Assembly: GCA_041082215.1 (NCBI GenBank)
Contig: JBDOIF010000083.1
Location: 1-36,765 of the forward strand
Direction of reading: 5' to 3'
Length of the DNA: 36,765 nucleotides
DNA from: Anaerolineae bacterium
Lineage (GTDB): Bacteria > Chloroflexota > Anaerolineae > B4-G1 > DUEL01
Part shown: piece after piece, positions 18,901 through 26,390 of the stretch
Layout of the letters: the number at the start of each line of letters is the position of its first letter
Position numbering within the stretch: position 1 is the first letter of the stretch
Position numbers and translations under genes: made by a program
Notes under the pieces: model-generated
Database searches by the model: none
Told to the model about the DNA's origin: nothing
What the model saw: only the letters and a program-made list of their open reading frames with translations

Positions 18901-19965
18901 ACGGCGCACCAGCCCGTCCACATCCAGCGAGCGGCGGCGCAGGAGGGCGTAGGCGATCGAGAGCGGGAACAGCACCGTCCAGGGCAGGATCAGCAGGGGG
19001 GAGAAGGGGATGGAGAGCGGACGGGTAGTCAGCACCCACATCACGTAGGGGCCGAATCCCAGGAGCGTTCCCAGAAGGATAGTGCGTGCCTGGGAGCGGA
19101 TGACCGGGGAGATGGAGAGGAACCGCCGCGCCAGCATCGAAGCGAAAAGCCCCAGAGCGCCCAGCCCGGCCCACACCATCCCCCAGAACCACGGGTCAAA
19201 ATAAGCCGTGGGGGCATTCCAGCGCGTCGTCGCCGCCACCGCCACCACCCCAATCGCCACCCCCGGCAGATAGACCAGGAGCGGGAGCCAGCGGGCGCGA
19301 CGGAGCGGGCCGATCCGTTCGGGGAAGACCATAGCCAGATGCAGGCCCAGGCTTCCGGCGAGGGGAAGACAGAACACCCAGCCCCACCAGAGCAGGTGGG
19401 TGGTCAGAAGGTCGAAAAAGAGCCCGCCGATCAGCGAGAAGGCGGCGCAGAGAAGGGCGAAGACCGGCGTTCCCTCCTCGCGGGGGGCGGAGCGAAGGAC
19501 CCATACCCCGATGGTGAAGAAGGACCACCCCAGAAGGGTGGGAAGGACGAAGAAATTGAGGGTTGTGCTCGCTGGCATCGCAGCCAGGCGAACGCGGACC
19601 CCGGCCTGTTCCCCGGTGGATGGGTCCTGCACCGTGATCCCGATTTCGTCCCCCACCTGGTGAGCAGAGAGGAGGGAGATCAGGGCGGTGGGGCTTTGCA
19701 ACGGCTGGCCGTCTACGGCAATCACCCGGTGGGGGAAACGCAGCGCTGTCTGTTGGTCGGGCCAGGCCGGGTCCCTCATCTCGGTGATGATGAGGGTAGG
19801 TTCGGCGAAGAAGCCCGGGAAGGGTAAGGCTGCTGCTCGCAACCCGGCGATAGCGGCAAAGAGGAGGGCAGCAGCCGCCGCCAGCAGGAAAAACGGCACG
19901 ATGAAACGAACCGGGCCGGTCTGGTGGCGCTCTTCCGCAGCCGGTGGGGGTTGTTTTGTGCTCAT
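15967..19965 (-). CDS. Membrane sensor histidine kinase (PDZ-like, multi-TM, about 4 GAF, HisKA, HATPase)
   Basis: PDZ-like RVIAVDGQP, a run of hydrophobic helices, GAF repeats ending AAIAIENARL, H-box SHELKQP, N-box NLLSNAYKY, DTGIG and GTGLGL. Start taken at MSTKQ. Confidence 0.9.
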   Translation of the reverse strand: MSTKQPPPAAEERHQTGPVRFIVPFFLLAAAAALLFAAIAGLRAAALPFPGFFAEPTLIITEMRDPAWPDQQTALRFPHRVIAVDGQPLQSPTALISLLSAHQVGDEIGITVQDPSTGEQAGVRVRLAAMPASTTLNFFVLPTLLGWSFFTIGVWVLRSAPREEGTPVFALLCAAFSLIGGLFFDLLTTHLLWWGWVFCLPLAGSLGLHLAMVFPERIGPLRRARWLPLLVYLPGVAIGVVAVAATTRWNAPTAYFDPWFWGMVWAGLGALGLFASMLARRFLSISPVIRSQARTILLGTLLGFGPYVMWVLTTRPLSIPFSPLLILPWTVLFPLSIAYALLRRRSLDVDGLVRRAVPRALVAAGVIGLYLLLVMIGRAFYPTLSPFHPILLALFGLLVALGIQPVRVGLERLVDRLVLGRRMAPEQALQIFAQEVATARSEETVLRAIGQTLERALAPRYGLLYLMDKRAGWYVPHSVTGNPPTTVRFRPDRPLARRLTTDARPIFLSVERELPQELEPERERLAQLGPSLFVPLVGQGWLTLGPTRGHRFRAADIRFLELLAPQIAAALERVRLVTALERRIEEMEVLRLIAQSVTFSVQVDDLLELIYAQAARLLDVSNFYIALYDPEAHTLRFAFYVEDGERRYPTDVWSDTEGLTSIIVRTGRAIVTDDYLAECQRRRVQPGGKPGKAWMGMPLIARDRVLGVINVSSFDPDTVYTEEQVQLFRAIADQAAAILDKARLYQLMERRARQLEALNEVGSVITSSLELDVVLHLIMQKAIELLQAEAGSLLLVDEERGDLEFHVVTGPRKADLEGTRLPMGTGIVGRVAQTATPILVDDVQKDRRWFSGLDAGSGFITRSVICVPMIAHGRVIGVIELLNRKDGNPFNAEDRHLLTAFASHAAIAIENARLFTMTDQALAARVEELSMMQRIDRELNATLDYRRVMEITLEWALRTTGADVGLVAIVVTTEQGARGLRFLASKGYPDELISSHSKEPWPAERGLIGRALRTGKAELVEDVRSDPDYEPVVEGMVSQLTVPIRREAEIIGVIALESSEQGQLDQGALEFVTRLADHAAIAIENSRLFEAVQAANNAKTEFISFVSHELKQPMTSIKGYADLLFNGAAGELNDLQRSFLEVIRSNVVRMNALVQDLLDISRIEAGRLKLEIGLVKMEEAVEEAVQLVRGEVEAKKQVLEVHLPSPLPPVTADRNRLVQILTNLLSNAYKYTPEGGRIRILAEADNGHFVRCSVSDTGIGMTPEEQARLFTKYFRSQNPAVRSIPGTGLGLVITKSLVELQGGEIWVESEPGKGSTFTFTMPVATSGKIEAP

Positions 19966-20088
19966 ACTCACCCCGGGGCGATGCGCAGCAGCAATCTTCC
20001 CTCTCAATATTTTAGCATGTTCCGGACAAAAGTCCACCCCTTCCGGTGTCGGTGAGGTTACAGTTTGATAAAGGGGGGACCGGGGGGT

Positions 20089-20721
20089 TTATGGGGAGAA
20101 GTAGTCAGGGTAGGCGGCCTGCAGTTCTTCCCGCAGGTCGCCGAAGACGGCTGGGGCGTGGGGGTAGATGGCCTCCAGCATCCGCACCGCTACCTGGCGG
20201 ATCTCCCACTGGGCGTGGGGGGAAATGCGGAGGCGGAAGATGTGGCGCAGCTCACGGAAATTGTAGGTGGCGACGAGGCGGGTTGCAGCGGCGTTGGGGA
20301 GGACGAAGCGGGCGTCCTCTTTGCGGATCCCCCGCTGACGAAGGGAACGATAGGCCGCTTTCACCTCATCGGCGAACCGCTCCCAGATAGCCCGGGCTTC
20401 CGGGTCTCCGGCGACGGCAGGGGGGAGCACCCACTCCGGATCGGCCATGTCCACATACCGCTGGCTCTCCTGGCTGTAGGAGGCGATGCGGTGGCGGACC
20501 AGTTGATGGCTGCAGGCCCGGGAGATGCCGCTGATCTCGAAGGTGGCGGAGGCGTGCTCGATGAGGCTCTCGTGCCCTTCACGAATCCGGGCGCGGAGGA
20601 AGGCGGCGGGGTCGCCCCGGCCCTCGCTCCGATAGCAGACCCGCCCGGCATGTTCCAGCAGCTCCTCGGGTGTCCCGTTCCCCCTCAGGTAGCGGGTGAT
20701 GGCGATAAGTTCCACCTGCAT
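20089..20721 (-). CDS. thyX: FAD-dependent thymidylate synthase
   Basis: GHESLIEH, ThyX motif RHRIASYSQESQRY, EDARFVLP and AQWEIR. Confidence 0.96.
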   Translation of the reverse strand: MQVELIAITRYLRGNGTPEELLEHAGRVCYRSEGRGDPAAFLRARIREGHESLIEHASATFEISGISRACSHQLVRHRIASYSQESQRYVDMADPEWVLPPAVAGDPEARAIWERFADEVKAAYRSLRQRGIRKEDARFVLPNAAATRLVATYNFRELRHIFRLRISPHAQWEIRQVAVRMLEAIYPHAPAVFGDLREELQAAYPDYFSP

Positions 20722-21714
20722 TTACCCTTCTCCATACACTTCCGGATTGGCACAGTAGGGCAGCCGCTCCCCGGATAGCCCTGCCAGCAGGTTTTCGGCC
20801 GCCATCTCTGCCATCCGGTCCCGCGCTGAGATGGTGGCGCTGGCGATGTGGGGGACGACGATGCAGTTGGGCAGCTCCAGCAGGGGATGGTCTGGTGGGA
20901 GAGGTTCCGGGTCGGTCACGTCCAGCGCAGCGGCCCGGATCCAGCCTTCGCGCAGGGCCACCAGCAGCGCGTCTGTATCCACCACCGGCCCCCGTGCAGT
21001 GTTGATCAGGACCGCCGTCGGTTTCATCCGCCGCAGGGTTGCTTCGTTGATCAGGTGGCGGGTCTCGGCGGTCAGCGGGCAGTGGAGGGAGACGAAGTCG
21101 GACTGGGCCAGGAGCTGATCCAGCCCCACATACTCCGCCCCCACCTCCGCCGCCGCGTCCGGCCGGGGAGCGCGGTCGTGGTAGAGGAGCCGCATGGTAA
21201 AGCCCCGGGCGCGGCGGGCCACCGCCGTACCGATGCGGCCCAGGCCGATGATCCCCAGCGTCGCCCCCCAGATGTCGGTGCCCAGCAGGCCCAGCGGCTC
21301 CCATGTGTGCCACCGTCCTGCCCTGACCTTTTCGATCCCCTCCGGGATGCGGCGGGCCGCGGCCATCAGCAGGGCGAAGGCCATATCGGCGGTGGCCTCG
21401 GTGAGCACCCCCGGCGTGTGGCCGACGGGGATCCCCCGTGCGGTCGCTGCTGCCAGGTCAATGTTGTCCACCCCCACAGCGAACTGGCTGATGACGCGGA
21501 GGCCGCTTCCGGCGGCGATGACCTCCGCATCAATGGGGTCGGTCAGCAGGCAGAGCAGGCCGTCGCAATTCACCACTTCCTGGAGGATCGTCTCCTTTGG
21601 GGGAGGAAGCTCCTGGTCCCACAGTCGCACCGTGCAACGCTCTCGCACCCGCCGGAGTCCGGCCTCCGGGATGCGGCGGGTGACGAAGACAACCGGTTGG
21701 GTTGCATCAGCCAT
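20722..21714 (-). CDS. D-2-hydroxyacid dehydrogenase (glyoxylate reductase / D-glycerate dehydrogenase)
   Basis: [39 protein letters not shown] and PHIASA; RBS AAGGAGGAG. Confidence 0.9.
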   Translation of the reverse strand: MADATQPVVFVTRRIPEAGLRRVRERCTVRLWDQELPPPKETILQEVVNCDGLLCLLTDPIDAEVIAAGSGLRVISQFAVGVDNIDLAAATARGIPVGHTPGVLTEATADMAFALLMAAARRIPEGIEKVRAGRWHTWEPLGLLGTDIWGATLGIIGLGRIGTAVARRARGFTMRLLYHDRAPRPDAAAEVGAEYVGLDQLLAQSDFVSLHCPLTAETRHLINEATLRRMKPTAVLINTARGPVVDTDALLVALREGWIRAAALDVTDPEPLPPDHPLLELPNCIVVPHIASATISARDRMAEMAAENLLAGLSGERLPYCANPEVYGEG

Positions 21715-21781
21715 ATAGCTCCTCCTTCAGGTGTGGACAAAGCAGCCTGGTCCCTTGTCTCTTGACCGGCGGCGTTCTTTA

Positions 21782-21810
21782 ATCATACTGCTGGAGCGGG
21801 CTGCCGTCAA
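21782..21810 (-). promoter_or_regulatory. Promoter for the dehydrogenase-thyX operon
   Basis: TTGACG-17 nt-TATGAT on the minus strand. Confidence 0.7.
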
Positions 21811-21859
21811 GGTGGGCTGAGACAGGTGTATTTCAGTTCGGGGCAAGCTTCTAGCTCTA

Positions 21860-21888
21860 TTGACACCGGCAAGGTAACGGGGTATAAT
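21860..21888 (+). promoter_or_regulatory. Consensus sigma70 promoter upstream of the riboswitch
   Basis: TTGACA (21860-65), 17-nt spacer, TATAAT (21883-88): an exact consensus match. Confidence 0.9.
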
Positions 21889-21906
21889 CAAACTGGACAA
21901 GCAAGC

Positions 21907-21953
21907 CAGGTGATGAGGCTCACCTGAACCGCCATTTTGGCTGATGGCCTCTA
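21907..21953 (+). ncRNA. Fluoride riboswitch (crcB motif) aptamer
   Basis: CAGGTGATGAGGCTCACCTG-AACC-GCCATTTTGGC-TGATG-GCCTCTA. First stem CAGGTGA/TCACCTG, small hairpin GCCA/TGGC, pseudoknot GAGGC (21915-19) with GCCTC (21947-51). Matches the pattern GGYGATGRnGYYCRCC..AACCGC..GCTGATGRCnYCTA. Confidence 0.92.
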
Positions 21954-21984
21954 TGGAGAGTAGTTTCTCCATAGAGGCTTTTTT
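21947..21984 (+). terminator. Riboswitch expression platform: intrinsic terminator
   Basis: 13-bp perfect stem GCCTCTATGGAGA/TCTCCATAGAGGC, loop GTAGTT, then TTTTTT. The 5' arm is the aptamer pseudoknot strand. Confidence 0.92.
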
Positions 21985-22010
21985 CCTTAAGGGAATAGAA
22001 CAAAAGGAAA

Positions 22011-23549
22011 ATGAACGGTTTTGCAACAATCAGTATTCTTTTCGATAGAGACAACTCCCGGCCGGAAACAATCGGACAGCCCGATTGTTTTGCCGATCTC
22101 AATCTGGATCAGATCATTCGCGCCCTTACCGAGTCCAGGCAGGAATACAACCTCACCCCCTTCTTCTACACACCTTTGCGTGATCCAGAAACGGTGCGCT
22201 ACAGACAGGAAGTGATGCAGGATTTGGAAGAGGAAGCCGTCATAAAGCAGGTTAAGGCTTTTGCGGAAAAAATGGTTATTGTCCGCCGTTACCTTGCTCT
22301 GGCAGAGAAGCTGGACTTTGCGTATCACCGGGAAGGGTGGATTCTGGAGGGAGCCCTGGTCTACTGTGAGGCCATAACGACCCTCGCTCAATATTTAGCT
22401 GCTGCTCCCCTGAAGTCGCGTGGCCTGCTAGCATTTCGAGGCTACCTGATGCGCTACGTCTCGTCGCCAGCTTTCCAATCCCTGATGGGCGAGGCGCAGC
22501 AGGTGAAGCAAGCCCTGGCCGAGATCCGGTACGCTGTGATTATCGAGAGCGGCGAGTTCAGCGTCAGGAAGTATGAAGGCGAGACGGATTACAGCGTGGA
22601 AGTGGAGAGGACCTTTGAGAAATTTAAACAAGCCGATGCCACGGACTATGCGGTGCGCGTTCCGGAAAGCAACGGGATGAGTCACATCGAAGCCAAGATT
22701 CTGGAATTCGTCGCCAAGCTATTTCCGGAACCCTTCGCAGCCCTGGATCGCTTCTGTGCCCGACACGTTCCCTTCATCGCTCCCACCATTGGGGCTTTTG
22801 ACCGGGAAGTGCAATTTTACGTTGCCTACCTGGATTTCATCGCCGACCTCAAACGTCAGGGGTTGCCTTTCTGCTATCCCGAAGTCAGTGCCACAAGCAA
22901 GGAAGTTTACCTGCGCGATGGCTTTGACCTGGCCCTGGCCCATAGCCGGCGTTATAGCCAACAGCCTCTCGTGTTTAATGACTTCTTCCTCCGCGACCCG
23001 GAGCGCATCCTGGTGGTCACGGGGCCGAATCAGGGAGGAAAGACCACCTTCGCCCGGATGTTTGGACAGGTGCACTACCTGGCCAGCCTCGGGTGTCCCA
23101 TTCCAGGCCGGTCAGCACGCATGCTCCTTTTCGACCAAATTTTTATGCATTTCGAGCGTGTTGAAGATGTTCGTAGTCTGCGCGGCAAGCTGGAAGACGA
23201 CCTGGTCCGCCTGCATGCCATGCTCGCTTGTGCCACCCCTCACAGCATCTTCATCCTGAACGAAGTTTTCACCTCTACAACCGTTCAGGACGCCCTCTTC
23301 CTGAGCCAGGAGATCATAGCGCACCTGACCGCTCTCGATGCGTTGGTGGTGTGGGTCACATTCTTGGACGAGCTGGCTTCGTTGAACGAGAAGACAGTTA
23401 GCATGGTGGCCCAGGTTGACCCTCGGGATCCTGCGGTGCGCACCTTCAAGGTCGTGCGTCAGCCTGCCGACGGGCTGGCTTACGCTCTCTCGTTAGCCCG
23501 GAAACACGGGCTAACCTCCACGCAACTTGAGGAGCGACTGTCTCGATGA
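22011..23549 (+). CDS. Short MutS-family ATPase (MutS4-like), first subunit
   Basis: 512 aa with C-terminal MutS domain V: VTGPNQGGKTT, DQIFMHF, GKLEDDL, ILNEVFTST. No mismatch-binding or Smr domain recognisable. RBS AAAGGA. Confidence 0.85.
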   Translation: MNGFATISILFDRDNSRPETIGQPDCFADLNLDQIIRALTESRQEYNLTPFFYTPLRDPETVRYRQEVMQDLEEEAVIKQVKAFAEKMVIVRRYLALAEKLDFAYHREGWILEGALVYCEAITTLAQYLAAAPLKSRGLLAFRGYLMRYVSSPAFQSLMGEAQQVKQALAEIRYAVIIESGEFSVRKYEGETDYSVEVERTFEKFKQADATDYAVRVPESNGMSHIEAKILEFVAKLFPEPFAALDRFCARHVPFIAPTIGAFDREVQFYVAYLDFIADLKRQGLPFCYPEVSATSKEVYLRDGFDLALAHSRRYSQQPLVFNDFFLRDPERILVVTGPNQGGKTTFARMFGQVHYLASLGCPIPGRSARMLLFDQIFMHFERVEDVRSLRGKLEDDLVRLHAMLACATPHSIFILNEVFTSTTVQDALFLSQEIIAHLTALDALVVWVTFLDELASLNEKTVSMVAQVDPRDPAVRTFKVVRQPADGLAYALSLARKHGLTSTQLEERLSR

Positions 23550-25069
23550 AAGTGTTTTTGCTCTACCCCGACCGGGATTTTGATCCATCACAGCCGTTGC
23601 TTCCCCACAGCCAAGATCTGGTACAAGATCTGGGGCTCGATATTTTGTTCCAGGCTATGGCCCGAGGCGACGAGTTCATGTTCCAGGTGGCACGGCAGGT
23701 CGTCTTGTCCGGCGATCAAGACATTGCCACTATCCTTTACCGCCAGGCGATCCTGAAAGACTGCATCCAGCACCCTGAGGTTGTCAGGGAGATCTATCAG
23801 ATTCCCCTGGAATTCCTCGATCGCAAGCGCAGGCAGTGGTTATGGATCCCATCGCGCCATTCCAGCCCCAGTTCCATCCTCAACGGTGCCCGGCAGCTCC
23901 TGGAAGCCTCTCTGGACCTGCTGCGCCGGCTGCGCCAAATTGCCGACCAATATGCCGGGGCCTTTGCTTCGCAGGGCTTTCGTCGGTTCTTCACCATGGT
24001 CCAAGAGGAGCTAGACGACGAGTACTTGCAGCAGGCAGCACAACATGTTCGGATGCTCCGTTTCCCCTCCGGCGCATTGCTCAGAGCGCGTCTGGGAAAG
24101 GGAAATGGAGGGACAGATTATGTGCTCTGCAGGCCCGATAGCGCAAGCCGGACTTGGCTTCAACGCTTCTTCACCTTCCGTTCACCCTCCTACTCCTATC
24201 GCTTGCATCCCCGCGATGACGCTGGGGCGCGTATTTTGGGCGAGTTGCGCGACAGAGGACTCGCCCGGACGGCCAACGCCGTGGCCCAGGCCGCCGAACA
24301 CGTGGAGAGTTTCTTCAACGTGTTGCGCCGGGAGCTGGCGTTCTTTATGGGATGTCTGAACCTGTATGAGCAATTGACCCTGTTGGGTGAGCCTGTGACT
24401 TTTCCACAGCCGGCATCCGCCGACGCCTGTCGGTTCTCATCCAGGGGGTTGTACGATGTCACCCTGGCGCTGACGATGGGCAGGCGCGTTGTAGAAAACG
24501 ATGTCTCCGCCAACGGGAAATCGCTGGTGCTGATCACCGGCCCCAACCAGGGCGGTAAGACTACGTTTCTGCGCAGTCTCGGCCTGGCTCAGTTGATGAT
24601 GCAGAGCGGTATGTTCGTTCCAGCCGAACGTTTCTCGGCCAGTGTGTGCACAGGCCTTTTCACCCATTTCAAGCGGGAAGAGGACAAGACCATGGAGAGC
24701 GGCAAGTTCGAAGAGGAGCTCAGGCGCATAAGCAGCATAGTTGACCAGATCGGCCCGAACGCAGTGCTCCTGTTCAACGAGTCCTTTGCGGCCACCAATG
24801 AGCGTGAAGGGTCAGAGATCGCCTGGCAGATCACCCATTCGTTGCTTGAACACGGCATCAGGATATTTTACGTCACCCATCTCTACGAGTACGCTCGCCG
24901 CTGCTACGAAAGGGAGGGGAAAAGATGCCTTTTCTTGCGTGCGGAGAGGTTACCGGACGGCACACGGACTTTCAGGCTCAGGGAAGCCAAACCGATGGGG
25001 ACAAGCTACGGGATGGACCTGTATCATAGAATATTCGGCGTTGAACAGCAGCGGAGCATAGCCGGATGA
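23546..25069 (+). CDS. Short MutS-family ATPase (MutS4-like), second subunit
   Basis: 507 aa with ITGPNQGGKTTFLRS, QLMMQSGMFVPA, FTHF, SGKFEEEL, LFNESFAATN and VTH. ATGA overlap with the upstream paralog. Confidence 0.85.
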   Translation: MKVFLLYPDRDFDPSQPLLPHSQDLVQDLGLDILFQAMARGDEFMFQVARQVVLSGDQDIATILYRQAILKDCIQHPEVVREIYQIPLEFLDRKRRQWLWIPSRHSSPSSILNGARQLLEASLDLLRRLRQIADQYAGAFASQGFRRFFTMVQEELDDEYLQQAAQHVRMLRFPSGALLRARLGKGNGGTDYVLCRPDSASRTWLQRFFTFRSPSYSYRLHPRDDAGARILGELRDRGLARTANAVAQAAEHVESFFNVLRRELAFFMGCLNLYEQLTLLGEPVTFPQPASADACRFSSRGLYDVTLALTMGRRVVENDVSANGKSLVLITGPNQGGKTTFLRSLGLAQLMMQSGMFVPAERFSASVCTGLFTHFKREEDKTMESGKFEEELRRISSIVDQIGPNAVLLFNESFAATNEREGSEIAWQITHSLLEHGIRIFYVTHLYEYARRCYEREGKRCLFLRAERLPDGTRTFRLREAKPMGTSYGMDLYHRIFGVEQQRSIAG

Positions 25070-25097
25070 ACGCTCACTCCTGGGGGCAGAACGCGGG

Positions 25098-26360
25098 CTA
25101 TATCGTTGTCCCGTCGGGGATAACGGCGTTCTTGGGAATGACGACGATCCCGTCACGGATCACGTAGTTCTCCTCCTCCCGGTCCGGCTCTCCCTCGTGG
25201 GAGCGGATGATGACTCCCTGGCCGATGCGGGCGTTCTTGTCTATAATCGCCCGTTCGATGATGGTGTTGGAGCCGATCCCTACATGGGGGCGACCCAGCC
25301 GTCGGTTTTCTGTCTTCTGCACCGCATCTTCGTAGTAGTCGGCGCCGAGCAGCACAACCTGCCGGAGATGGGCGCCCGGCCGCACAATGCTCCGCAGGCC
25401 GATGACGCACTCCTCCAGCTCCGCGTCGTACAGCCAGCATCCATCTGCCAGCACCACCCGCTCCAGGCGACAGCCATCCACCCGCGAGGCGGGAAGGAAC
25501 CTGGGCCGGGTGTAGATCGGCCGGGCAGGGTCGTAAAAGTCGAAGGGAGGGTTGGGCTGGGTGAGGGCCAGGTTGGCTTTGTAGAAGGCGGCGATCGTCC
25601 CAATGTCCTCCCAGTATCCGTCAAAGGGGAAGGCATAGACCCGTAAAGACTGGATAGCGGCGGGGATGATCTCTCTGCCGAAATCGTCTCCGGGCGTTTC
25701 CTCCAGCAGGCGGGTCATCAAATCCAGACGGAAGACATAGATGCCCATCGAGGCAAGGTAGGGGCGGGCGCTGTCGCCTGTAGGGCTTTGTAGCCCTTCC
25801 AGCTCCTGCGGGGTCTGGGGCTTCTCCCGGAATTCAACGATGCGCCCATCCCCGTCGGTCTTGAGGATGCCGTAACGGGGCGCGTCTTCCTCCGGGATGG
25901 GGAGGGCGGCGATGGTGGCATCCGCCCGCTTCTCGCGGTGGAAGGCGATGAACTCCTGGTAGTCCATCCGATACAGGTGGTCGCCGGCCAGGATCAGCAC
26001 GTCCTCCGGCGCACGGCTGAGGAACCGGTGCAACTGGCGACGGACCGCGTCGGCTGTCCCCTGATACCAGTCGGCGCGGGTCAGCGTCTGCTCGGCCGGC
26101 AGGATCTCCACAAACCCGTCGGAAAACACGTCGAACTTGTAGGTCTGGTAGACGTGGCGGTGGAGGGAGGCGGAGAGGAACTGGGTGAGGATGAAGATGC
26201 GGGTGATGCCGGAGTTGATGCAGTTGGAGAGGGGGATGTCTATCAGCCGGTACTTGCCGGCCAGAGGGACGGCGGGCTTGGCCCGCAGCTTCGTCAGAGG
26301 GTAGAGGCGGGTCCCCCGGCCTCCCCCCAGGACGACGGCCAGGACGTCTTTCTGCGGCAT
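25098..26360 (-). CDS. glgC: Glucose-1-phosphate adenylyltransferase
   Basis: LGGGRGTRLYPLTKLRAKPAVP, WYQGTADAV, GDHLYRMDY, EKP, ASMGIY, YWEDIGT and a C-terminal beta-helix. Confidence 0.96.
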   Translation of the reverse strand: MPQKDVLAVVLGGGRGTRLYPLTKLRAKPAVPLAGKYRLIDIPLSNCINSGITRIFILTQFLSASLHRHVYQTYKFDVFSDGFVEILPAEQTLTRADWYQGTADAVRRQLHRFLSRAPEDVLILAGDHLYRMDYQEFIAFHREKRADATIAALPIPEEDAPRYGILKTDGDGRIVEFREKPQTPQELEGLQSPTGDSARPYLASMGIYVFRLDLMTRLLEETPGDDFGREIIPAAIQSLRVYAFPFDGYWEDIGTIAAFYKANLALTQPNPPFDFYDPARPIYTRPRFLPASRVDGCRLERVVLADGCWLYDAELEECVIGLRSIVRPGAHLRQVVLLGADYYEDAVQKTENRRLGRPHVGIGSNTIIERAIIDKNARIGQGVIIRSHEGEPDREEENYVIRDGIVVIPKNAVIPDGTTI

Positions 26361-26390
26361 GCCCCTCCTCCTTATTTGTGAAGAGTCCGA

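Noticed and set aside
16135..19827. 1230-aa plus-strand ORF
   Set aside because: Antisense shadow of the histidine kinase.
22011..25069. Annotation as canonical mismatch-repair mutS, mutS2, or a split pseudogene
   Set aside because: Each ORF has its own complete ATPase domain, and no mismatch-binding domain, Smr domain or mutL gene is seen.
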